Of a stretch of DNA of 64,000 nucleotides, positions 1 through 10,998 are shown one piece after another. The notes beneath the pieces are model-generated. The model was not told where the DNA came from. It did not search any database and worked only from the letters and a program-made list of their open reading frames with translations. How positions within the stretch are numbered: the first letter of the stretch is position 1; each line of letters opens with the position of its first letter. The translations under genes and the position numbers were made by a program. This stretch comes from Neodothiora populina (Eukaryota), in contig NW_027191406.1 of the NCBI RefSeq assembly GCF_041146345.1, forward strand, positions 744,001 through 808,000, written 5' to 3'.

Positions 1-323
1 CTTCCCAGATTAATCTTCTGTCACCATTGCTTAGCATCGCTCTATGAGGACGGAGGACAGTTTTGCCCAAGACTCGACTCCTCAAAGAACTTGCACTTCT
101 TCCGTCCACACGAGGTTTGGATGTCTGTATCTATGTGACCATGCTCCATCTACACGGAGCAAGTTGCGCCGACTGCTACCATGCGTTCTATATATGAAAC
201 GCATGCGGGACTCGATGTAACAGCGGACGATGGTATTCAGATCACACATAGATGAGTATAAGAGGAAGGCATTCTCGTCGAGGTAGGTGTTGAATCGTGC
301 TCGGTGTCCGTCCAATTCCAGCC

Positions 324-1581
324 ATGAGATCCTGTGGTATTTCGCCTATTTGCAGTCTGCTGGCTGCCTCAGCCGGCCTTTCGTGGGCCGCTGATCCTTC
401 GTATCCAATTTGTCAAAGCAAAGCAAACTTCGCTAAGACCATCGATGGTCGATACTTTGATTTCAATGGTACCGGCACGCCGAAATACTTTGCAGGGACC
501 AACACTTGGTGGCTCTCTCAGATCATGAGTGATGCTGACGTCGACACCGTATTGAGCGAGATCAAGAAAGTGAGTTACATGTCATCTGCTGCTCCATTCA
601 GCCGCCCGATCTGGGCGGCCTCACGAGTAGGGTACACTGACTGACGTCCAACATCAGACCCAGCTTCAGATCACCCGTGTATGGGGTTTCAGTAGTGTGA
701 ACCAGGACCCTGGTCAATACGTCGTATGGTTCCAGCTTCTCAATAGTACCGGCTCTTACATCAATTATGCCGACAATGGCATCCCTCGCCTGGACGCAGC
801 AGTCTCCTATGCCGAGAAGCACAATGTCAAGTTGGTGGTGAACTTCGTCAACAACTGGGGCGATCTCGGAGGCATCCCATCGTACAACACCGCGTTCGGC
901 GGCGACGGCACTACTTGGTACACGGATGCCACCAGCCAGAAAGTCTACAGAGACTACATTGAGCTGTTGGTCAATCGTTACAAGTGCAGTCCAGCCATCT
1001 TTGCCTGGGAGTTGGCTAATGAGCCTCGCTGCCATGGATGCCCAACATCGACCATCTACGACTGGGCGAAGAACACGTCGTCTTACATCAAGCATTTAGA
1101 CCCTAACCACATGGTCACTCTCGGCGACGAAGGTTGGTTCGGTTCTCCTGACAATATCGGTGATGGCTCCTATGCCTACGGAGGAGGTGAGGGAGTTGAC
1201 TTTGTCCTCAATCTCGGCATTGACACCCTCGACTATGGTACCTTCCATCTCTACCCCGACAGCTGGAACTACAACGAGACATGGGGATCAACATGGATCA
1301 AGGAACATGATACCGCTGGCGCAGCAGTTGGCAAACCAGTCGTGCTCGAGGAGTACGGCGGTCCTCAGACCGCTCACGATCATGCCTCTGTCGAGGGTCC
1401 GTGGCAGGATACTGTGCTCAAGGACACCAAGATTGCGGCGGACCAGTTCTGGCAGTTCGCTACGATTAATCTGACGACCGGGAACAGCCAATATGATGTC
1501 AATGCTATTTGGTACAATGACACCGAGTATACTACTCTGGCAAGGGAGCATGCGGCGGCGATGCTCGACAAGGCCATTTAG
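324..1581 (+). CDS. Secreted GH5 (subfamily 7-like) endo-1,4-beta-mannanase; intron ~570-657
   Basis: Signal peptide (MRSCGISPICSLLAASAGLSWA), YFAGTN, RVWGF, NNWGDLGG, IFAWELANEPRC (acid/base Glu), TFHLYP, KPVVLEEYG (nucleophile Glu). The GTGAGT..CTGAC..CAG intron joins the two ORFs in frame. Confidence 0.93.
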
Positions 1582-1998
1582 CGCTGTAGCTCGAGCTGTG
1601 CTGAAACGAGGCTGTGTCTCAAATGAAGCGAAGCACCTTTGGAGTAAATTACCCTGGGTAATAGAAGCAATGTGCACGATTTTGACGCTGGGACGTTATA
1701 TCTACTATTAGATATTAGACGTCTAATCTCAGAGCTGACTTTCGCAATTGGACCAATCTCGTTGAGTCAGACAGTGCTTTTATGATTGAGGTGTGTTTGG
1801 TAAGAGGGGTGTCCAATCAATTTGCAACATTGAGCACGTGAAGCCTGATCATATTCATCAATTTGAATGTATGTAGACAGGGTCGCCCTATATTCGTAGA
1901 TTGCACAAAGACGAGTGCTTCTTTTCAGACCAATGGAAATCGTACAATAATTTATACATACACTTTTGCTGTAACTTGATAGCCAAAAGTGCAAAGGA

Positions 1999-2827
1999 CT
2001 ACTTGATCTTCTTGGCCTTGAGCTTGATGGTCTCCCCGTTGACAAAGATACCCTTTCCTTTGTATGGCTCAGGTTTCCTCCACTCGCGAATCTCGGCGGC
2101 AAATTGCATGACGACTTCCTTCTCGATTCCCTCGATCAAGATACGTGTTGGCTGAGGTGTGCTGGCCTTGACGCCCTTTGGGATGGGTAGTTCGATGGGA
2201 TGCGAGTAGCCAACCTTGAGAGACACGAATTGCTGACCGGGAAACTCGGGCTGTTTCGTCACTGCGGTGTTCTCAATCGTGGCACGGTAACCGACACCGA
2301 CAAGCCTTAGAATAGCATTATGACCCTCGCTCACTCCGATCATGTGGTTTTGAAGATATGCGCGTACAGTCCCTTCACCTTTGTGTCAGCAATAATGTAC
2401 AAGTGATTCTGATCCTCTTCGCTTTTGCTGTTCACTCACCCCACATTTCCCTCTGATGCCTCTCCTTGTCATCCAGAATGCTCAATGTATGCGAGCGCTT
2501 CGCTTCATCGGTGTGAATGGTCATGTATGCAGGAATCGGATAGCTCATTTTTCCCAGCGGTCCTTCTATGTCCACGACGGCTCCCGGTTGATCCCTGCTC
2601 ACACGTGCACCTTGTCGCGGAGCAGGCGACTTGTTGATGGTGAAGGTGACCTCCGGCGGTAACGAGATGGGTGCGCTGCCAATCTTCGAACGACATGATG
2701 TGCTTGTCGAGAAAGCGAGTGATCGCTGGGTCTGGAAGGCCGGAAGAAGGAACGATGGGATGGACAGCTCGGTAGCTTGCGTACTACTGGCTGCGTTCAG
2801 ACAGCGCCGTCGCGCTGAAGAGAACAT
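1999..2827 (-). CDS. MRPL6: Mitochondrial large-subunit ribosomal protein uL6m; one intron
   Basis: Arg/Ser-rich presequence, SKIGSAPI, VGVGYRA, LKVGYSHP and the L6 signature RKPEPYKGKGI; GTGAGT donor after REMWG. Confidence 0.95.
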
Positions 2828-3390
2828 GTTGGTCGTGAATGTGTGTAGATACAGTAATTACCGTCGCCTCAAGTCTGCGGAGTGAGCAAATCCCAAAGTT
2901 ATCCCGAACATGTTCAGAATGAAATCCCGCCCCGCTGTCCTTGGCATCTCCGTGCACCAGACAGAAGCTCCGCCCTGACTTCAACTCCGCGCTCTCACAT
3001 GCTTACATCAACTCAACTGCCTTATACGCATAGAGTGAGTGGAGTATGGCTCTACGCCGCTGACTCGAATCTGAGATACGAATAATCCTCGTAGACATAC
3101 TTGTGGTGCACAGTGACTGGTCGAGTTTCTTCAGCTCTCATGGAATTTCGTTCAAACATTCGAGGTTGTAGGTTCGGCATGTAGTATGTTGTGGCTCCTT
3201 CCTTTTACAATCAGAGTTCCTTCTATATGTTCTCTCTTAGCCATCTCTACCAATCCTCCCTCCTACCTCAACTCTTGTGATCGTAATAATTGCTACTTGA
3301 GCGAAGAGGCTATTCATCGCAGACCCTGACTTGGAAGACGACGTTGCACATCTAGCTGGTGACCTTTAGCTAAAGCACTGTCCGCTCAGT

Positions 3391-5335
3391 ATGAAGCTGA
3401 ACATCAAGGATGCTTTGCTGGTGGTGCCTCTAGTATTGCACACGACCCGAGCCTCTTCGGTAGCACATGAGACATCTCAGCAGATAGGTGAGCATGGTGC
3501 TAAGCAAAGTTGTAATCTATAATCTCATGCTAACAGACTTGAGGAGACCTCGCCGCAGCGATAGACATGTCACTTACTCCTGATATTGGTCTGCCGGACT
3601 CGATCAGCACTGTTGCACGTACCATGCAGTCAGTGAACAATATGCCATCTTGTGCCAAAGTTGCCTCAGCTGCATTACTCAACTCTTGTGCTCAATTGGA
3701 TTCCGATGCTGCCGCAAAGATGAATGAAGGACTCGACATCATGCTTGACAAATCAAAGTCTATCTACGCCACTAGGCTAGCAGTCTGCGAGATACTGGAT
3801 GTCGGTGCCCACATCACCAGCGCCTGCTCCACCTTCAAACCAAAAACACGCAATAGTAGGACATCAGGTTTCACCGCCTATATTCGACGTCAAAAGACCA
3901 GTCCATCAATGGCTCATTATGATGTCTATGATCAAGAGACTATCAAGCAACTCGATAGCTGTAAAGCTACGCTTCACGCTACTCCTCAGTCTTGGACGTC
4001 CTTTTCTAACGCTAGGCAAAACGCTGTCGTGATGTGCAACGCCATGAGAGCAGAGGTTGAACGAGGTACGCCTGTTCGCCATCAATTCAAGAACAAGTCA
4101 CTAAAGATCGCTTAGATGATGCCATTGCATTCCATAAGATTATGATGGAATACCATGAAAACGCCACCAGCAACATGGGTCAGGCAAGCGACATACTCTC
4201 CTCGGTCTTGACCAATTTCAAGTCGGTTCGACAGGGTATGGAGAGCTTCCATACCGAGCTGAGCAAAGACAACGAGGCCATGTCTGCCGCAGTTGCTGAG
4301 CAATGGTCACGGATTCGACAGGCTCTTGACAGCATCCACGACGGGATAACTACGGCTCAACAGGTATGGCTCCTCGTTTACAACTCTGTCTCATGCCACT
4401 GACCCTCGCAGGCTACACATGAACTGAACGCCGATCTTGATGGATACAAAGCTCAATCCGACCTCATTCACGAATCGTCGGTCACAGCTTTCAAGGACAC
4501 GCAGCATCGACTGAAGCACGCTCAAGAGCTTGTTTCGGATCTTCAGGTTTGGAGTATGAATATATCCGACCTCGCTACTTGTAGACTAAGAAATGGTTAG
4601 GCGAGATCGCAAGCCTCACTGGCTAGCCAGATGGAAATGGACGAGACGGTCAACGTAAGGTGTGATTTATCATTGCAATCCCAGCGGCACTGACAGAAGC
4701 TAGACGCTACACATGAACACAGTCAGCGCCGCTGAAGTAGTGACCTACCTCCGAACCATCGTAGAAGATGTCCAGATGGGCCTGATGACCATCAACGTGC
4801 AGGTGAACAACACCCAATCTGCTCTCTCGTCTCTCCGAGCAGATCTTGGACCACTTCAAGAATATGCACACTTGTTCAGCAATGTATTTGGGTCGGGTCA
4901 ATCGTTGAGAAACGCATTCGTGAGGATGCTGCTCTGGAGCACGATGTCTCTAATCATGTCTACATCGATCTCGATGGTGCTGTCGTGTCGAGGCTGTTTC
5001 CGCGGACAATGGCTTCGTCAATTGATACTGTCTCTCTCACTGAGCTGTGGTACGTGCTCTGCCGACCTGAATGATGGCCTCTGACTGACCGACGTATAGT
5101 ATTCACATGTTATTTGAACTGGTGCATCCCCTGGACGGCTGTGTCGAAGTGGGGATACTCTTGCCGCGACTGGACCCTACTGGCCTTGCCCATATGCTTC
5201 CTCGAGATCGTTGCTCTCGCTGATGATTTGCAAAACAATCGCCTTTTCAACATGCTATACTGCTCAAAACGCAAGAAGATGGAGGAATTTGGAGTTGACG
5301 CCGATGATGCGTCGGCTGGTACGATCAGCAATTGA
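3391..5335 (+). CDS. KAR5: Kar5/Tht1-like nuclear membrane fusion (karyogamy) protein, ~540 aa, 7 exons
   Basis: Exons 3391-3487, ~3559-4065, 4116-4363, 4412-4546, 4601-4654, 4704-5049 and 5100-5335 splice in frame. Signal peptide, Cys-rich domain (SCAKVAS..NSC..YATRLAVCEI..C..CKATLHATPQSWTSFSNARQNAVVMC), coiled coils and C-terminal hydrophobic helices match the Kar5/Tht1/GEX1/Brambleberry architecture. Confidence 0.8.
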
Positions 5336-5918
5336 ATTGCGATGCGAGCCTGGAAGCCTGTTGAGTCTTGACCGACTGGTTTCTACGGCACACTACGAAA
5401 AAAATAGAGGTGTTGATACCTCGAACGATTCACGAATTCAAAAACACTCATAGTATCTGTTTAGCAACAGGGCACCCTTCGTCGCTGAATGCTTATAGCC
5501 AGAGAGAAGTCTGGTGCCCTTAGACGAGTTTTTATTCATTTACAGGATACTATTAGCATCAATCTACAAATGAGCGCGAATGACTGCAAGACTGTTGTCA
5601 GCTATCGAACGTGTTCAGTGCCGTGTAAGGTACAGTAGTCTCCCAGTCGAGGACGATTAGTAGGTACTCTGTAAGGTAGGTACTCGGAGGCTCTTGCCCT
5701 CTACGGCTACAGATCCATCTCGCTTGAACTTCGGCTTATAGCGATAACTCCCAGGGCCGATACTGTGAGCATTTTGGTATTTGCGACAGACTTGACTTCT
5801 GTAGATCTACCCTAGACGTCATCTTTGTCTGCGATACCATATTGAGAGAGAGCAGGAGCCAGTAAGGTGCATTTCAAAAAGGGGGTTGGACAGGTGCGAG
5901 CTCAGAGGCCAGGAAAAG

Positions 5919-8900
5919 ATGGCGGTGCCGGAGGACGACAGCAAGACTGGCAAGGCCTACAATGTCCTTGTACGACTTGCATTACCGCCGTATACGATCC
6001 ATTTCAAATCCTCGACCTACATGAAAGATGCGACAATGGAAATGCTGGACAGAAAAGTGTGCAAGGAGTGTCTACGGGCGACGGCGCAAAAAGCAGAAGT
6101 CAGGTCAGCATCAGCAACAGCATCGGCAACAGCCACCACACTGGCAAGGCCAGGCCTCGCGCGAAGCACGGCAGGTGCTAACTGCCAGCAGAGACGCTCT
6201 CGGTGCCGATCCTTCTTTCTGGAATGAAATGGTTATTCTGTTTCGCGCCGCTATACCCTCGCTGGAACGCCGGTCTTTCGCCGTCTGGGATCCATCAGCC
6301 GTCGACTACGAGTCCACATCTGGCAATCTGATCGCAGCACACTACCCCGGCCTATGGAAGGACCTTGAGAGACTGAATGACTTGGTTTCGATATCCAGGA
6401 ACATTTTGACGATAGGCGAAAGAGCGCAAGATCTGGCTGCAGAGTGTGCATTTGACCAGGAAGTCTTCAGGCTGGTGAATTGCTGCGTCAGAGTCACGGC
6501 CAGAGGCTTCGATGGCGACGCCGGGACTGGCGATGAGGAGAAATGGCAGTGGATCGTGAATGCTTGTGTGTCTATCGAGGAAATATCATCTATCTCAAGG
6601 CCGGACGCTAACATCAGGAACAGATAAGAAACTGCTGATCACATCACTGCAATTCCTGAACAATCTTGTCGCGCAGAATGAGCGACGCAAACTCATGCTT
6701 TGGGTCGCTCTGTTTGACAACTCTACAGAGAGCATATTGTCAGACGATCCGGACGACTCAGCGAGCCCCAGTTACGCCGGGAAGATGCCCGAGCCACCTG
6801 TCTCGACAAGTGATATCTTGGTCGCCTTGGGAGAGTCAGACCAGGCAAAGGTTGATGCTGCCGCAGATGCGCTAAGAGCGAAGCGACTACTCGCGGGTAA
6901 GGACCAGCTGAAGCCACCTTCGAGACCTGTTTCAGGCTATGTCCTGTTCGTCAAGAACTTCCAGGCAGAGGCCAGAGATGAACTTGGTCCCTCTGCCACA
7001 CCTGATCTGGTTGCAAAATCGCTTGCGACTCGGTGGGCCAACATCTCGGACGCCGACCGATCGTCGTGGAACCGTCTCTACGACACTCTGATGCAGGAAT
7101 ACGAATCGGATCTGGCAGCTTACAACGAAGCCAAGCGCGTCGCACAAGAAGAGAAGGCGCAGTTGGACAGGGCACACACAAGCCAAGTTGCAGCTCGTCT
7201 TGCGCATCTCGAGGAACAATTGAGTGATAAGTTCCGGATTGATGGTGCACGAGTGGCGCCGCTTGAGATTCCTGTGTATGCCGAGGATGGAACCGTGTCC
7301 TTCCCTGAAGAGCGACATGACACAGGACCAAGGCCTCTTGAGGAGGAGGACTACAAAATGACCTTTTCTGCAGAGGCAGGCACTAAGATCCTCGAAAGTG
7401 GCAAGTCTGAGCTGATGAAGAGACTGGAAAACTACCCGGTTCCACCTCAGCAATTACAAATTGCAAGCCCTGCATCCCCGATTGTCTCTCCTGCATCACC
7501 AGTGTACGACAACCATACAGACGAAGGCGACGAGGGTCTGAAAGAGGAGAGCGAAGAGGAGGAAGAAGAAGAAGAAGAAGAAGAAGAAGAAGAGGAAGAG
7601 AGCGAAGAAGAGGAAGACGACTATCCTGGTTCTACCGAGGATGGACGCGGTCTTCTCACTGACGTTCCTCTTATTCTTGGTCCATCAGAGATCGAAGTGC
7701 TCCCGATGATAGTAATGTCGGGCATTGTCCCTCCGGCCAATTCGCCTCACATAGCGTCTACGACAGAAGAGACAAATGCGATTGTCAACATGCACACAGT
7801 GAGATGTCACCTTCTGCTGGCTCAGGACAACGGCAAGAACCTCCTGAGGGAGCTGCTTATATTTGTAGCAGCGTGGGACTTGCGAGAAGAAGAGCTTTAT
7901 TTCAAGTTCATGGTCAAGATCATGGAAGCGATCCTCATCAATGGTTTGATGCCCTATGCTTACCACGCTTTCCGAGACAAGTCGAGATCGAAAGATATCA
8001 TCTCTCCGGCTCAGGCGGTCATCATGAAGCTGTTGACCAATATCTTCCGCTCTCGTGCCGAAGCTGCGAAAGCGAAGCCTTCACCATCTGTTGACCTTCC
8101 ATCCTACCCATTGAAGGTGGATGTTCACATTGTCAACTTCATCTTCACCGAGTTCAGACAGCACATCATCCCGCAAACTTGCGCCTTAATATTCCTTCAA
8201 GGCAAGATACACCAGAATCTAGCATCACCAGAAGATTTCCCGCTTAATCTGTGGGACATGGAGAGGATGTACGAAGGCGTGTATCAATACTTGGAGTTCT
8301 TCGCCGTGCTCACCGAAGAGAGCATCTGGAAGGACGTCATGGCGGAGTGGGAGGTTGCGAGCGAACTAGTCACTTTACTAAAAGAATTAGAAGCAGCCAT
8401 TCCCAAACTTGGACCTGGCGGCGTGACCCATTCGCCAAGTCCAAGGAGAGCCGTTCAAGCCTCACAAGGCAGCGCCTCGCCGCATCCACCGCCTCCTGTT
8501 CCCACCAATCCTAAGACTCCGCCCGTCAGTGTGGAAAGACCCTTTGATCTTTCTCCTGAGGTGGTGCCTACTCTCCCGCCTCTGCCGATACCGCCAGCTG
8601 AGTCTGCGCCTCCGAACACTACCATCTTCGAGGCAGAGACCCCGCTGGCCTATCCCGAAGACCCGCAGGATGAGCCGTCCGACTTTGAGTGGAGGAACCT
8701 TAAGAAGTTGACTGTACTTGTCTTGTCATCGCTGATCTGGAAGAACAAGAAAGTCCAAGACCAGGTACGAGAGTACGGCGGTCTCGAGGCTTTGGTTGGA
8801 TGCTGCCGACATGACGAACACAACCCCTACATCCGCGAACATGCCATCATGTGTCTCCGTTTTGCGGTGGAAGGCAATGAGGAGAATGCCAAGGTCATCA

Positions 8901-9292
8901 AGAAGATGGCAGGTCTGCACATCGAGGGTGGAAGCATGACGTTGAACCCGTCATCTGCACTCGCGGGGTATCACATCGAAGGATCAGTGCCTCAGGAAGT
9001 GCTCGACACTAACGGCTACGAGACTTTCATGGACGGCAAAGGCCAGGTGGGACTCCGGAGAAAAGACAATCCCGCCATGGCTGGCGCGAGCAACTACAGC
9101 ATTCAGCAAGGACCAGCCAAGCCCAAGACGCAGACCAAAATGACCGCGGAGAAGGCGGCTGAACTGATGCAGACTGCGCTGAGGGACTTGCCTCTGGGCG
9201 ATAAGATCCTTGGTGACAAGGACAAGAAGGAGGCGCTCGCCAAACTGGATAGGGCCTTTGAGCAGCAAGACAAGGGAAAAGGCAGGAGATAG
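5919..9292 (+). CDS. Ataxin-10/Ctr86-like ARM-repeat protein with an inserted HMG box and an acidic tract; introns ~6104-6191 and ~6566-6623
   Basis: C-terminal Atx10-type motif LKKLTVLVLSSLIWKNKKVQDQVREYGGLEALVGCCRHDEHNPYIREHAIMCLRFAVEGNEEN. Two GT..GCTAAC..CAG introns join ORFs 5886, 6028 and 6560. Confidence 0.85.
7562..7591 (+). repeat. (GAA)10 coding microsatellite, poly-Glu
   Basis: Read directly; lies within the EEEE tract of the Ataxin-10-like gene. Confidence 0.95.
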
Positions 9293-10339
9293 AATCTTCC
9301 ACGAGAGAGGTTTGCAGAAGATGGCAGACCTCGACTACCGAATAACTTGACCGGAAGACAAGCAGCTGAGCGCCTGCAAACGTCGCTGCAAGAGCCGCCG
9401 ACGCAAGATGGGGCGCCACGCCAACGGATGGAGACTGTATCATACATGAATGCGCCGCAAGGAGATGGCCATCACAACAGCAAGTCAGGAAGAGGACCAA
9501 TTTCCGAAGCGCCCGTGCACGCAACAGGTGCCCTTCATGCAGCTACAGATACAGCTGTTGGCTTGACAGGGAAACACGCGGCGCAGCTCATCGGCGCAGC
9601 GCTAGGAAACCCCAGCCTCGAAGCACCTACCATGATGGTGAACCGCAGTAAGAGCGTCAGTGGTGACTCGACTTCTGGTGTGACAGCGCAATACGCCTCG
9701 CAACGCATCAAGACCGCTTTACGTATGTCGCGTGAAGGATTGCATCCCTCGAAGCCGTCAAATGATGACTACGATCGAACAGCTCAGCTCTTGACTCTAG
9801 CACTGAACAAGTCGCCGGGCGGCAGGGCGTTGTTGAAAAGCAAGCCAATGAGTTGGATCATCGCCGCAATGATCCAAATCATGGAATGGAGCGACAACGC
9901 CAAGAAAGTCAAAGATGTGACTGCCGCCGCCGCCGCCGCCGCCGTTGCCAGCAAGGGAGTAGAGGCGGATACGACGAGCATCGATGTAAACCCTACTGGA
10001 GACAGCGCTCCTACAGGGCGCTCAAAAGGAGGCACCGAGACTAGATTCAGAAAGCCGGAGCATCAGTCCAACGAAAACAAAAACAAAAGTACGAAATCAC
10101 GAGACACGAAGACGACTGCATGGGAAGAGGAGTACAGAGGGGCGATCAGACAGAACGAACACACCATTCTTTCGCAGCAGCAGACAAATGCCATACCCAG
10201 ATCTTCTTCATCTTCTTTTTCAGCTCTATCTTCCTCGGTCGCTTTCATGCCATCGACACCTCCATCAACCATTGACCGACAAGAAAAAGCTCGACGGTAC
10301 TACTCTCGGAGAGCGACGAAATGTAATCAAAAGTCGTAA
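9293..10339 (+). other. 348-codon open frame immediately after, and in frame with, the Ataxin-10-like TAG; candidate C-terminal extension (or a separate gene from ATG 9428)
   Basis: No stop from 9293 to TAA 10337-10339 in the same frame as ORF 6560..9292. Contains repeats of a motif also present before the stop. Confidence 0.65.
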
Positions 10340-10963
10340 GATGGGTAGTAAGCGACCTATAGTCTGCCCCTGCATGTTTTATCCTGCATCACCGCTCCTG
10401 GACGTGATGCGCCAAGTACACCAGGGAGATAGGAGAAAGGGAATCACGGACTTGGTTATCCTTTTCTTTGGATAGTGTTTCATTGCTTGTATATACACCA
10501 GGGAGTTGTCATTTCCAAGACGAAAGCACCATTATGGGGTTGGGGAGGAAGGAAAAGGGAGGGATGTGAGTGTTTTGACTAGCGATGCCTTTGGGTACAG
10601 AAGTCTCTGAAGAGGAAAAAGGGGCGGAGTATTGTTGTGCTTGTCTATACCTTGTTCGGCTCGCAAGCAGGCTGTAGAGTAAGAGGAGGGGCGGCTTTGG
10701 AGTAGCATTACTCTCTGCGGTTGGCGGTAGTGTATAAGATAGGATTGATAGCATCGTCAATATCAATATCGAGTGTCTCGTCGTGTTGGTATGTCACTGC
10801 TTTGTTCTCCTTTGTGTTTGCACTGCGCACGTAGATCATGTATAGCACATGAGTGAGGGAAATAATATATCTCGTAACAGGTGGCTTTTTATTTTGTCGT
10901 TACTATCTCTGTATTTTCATCATCAATTGACAGACTTTATCTAGCCATCGAGATCGAGTGAAA

Positions 10964-10996
10964 GAAGAAGAAGAAGAAGAAGAAGAAGAAGAAGAA
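10964..10996. repeat. (GAA/TTC)11 microsatellite just 3' of the MET22 stop
   Basis: Read directly. Confidence 0.95.
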
Positions 10997-10998
10997 AT

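Noticed and set aside
6911..7135. HMG box next to KAR5 as a mating-type (MAT1-2-1) locus
   Set aside because: The box is embedded in an Ataxin-10-like exon, lacks the MAT-type RPxNAFILYR signature and conserved intron, and no APN2/SLA2 flanks are present.
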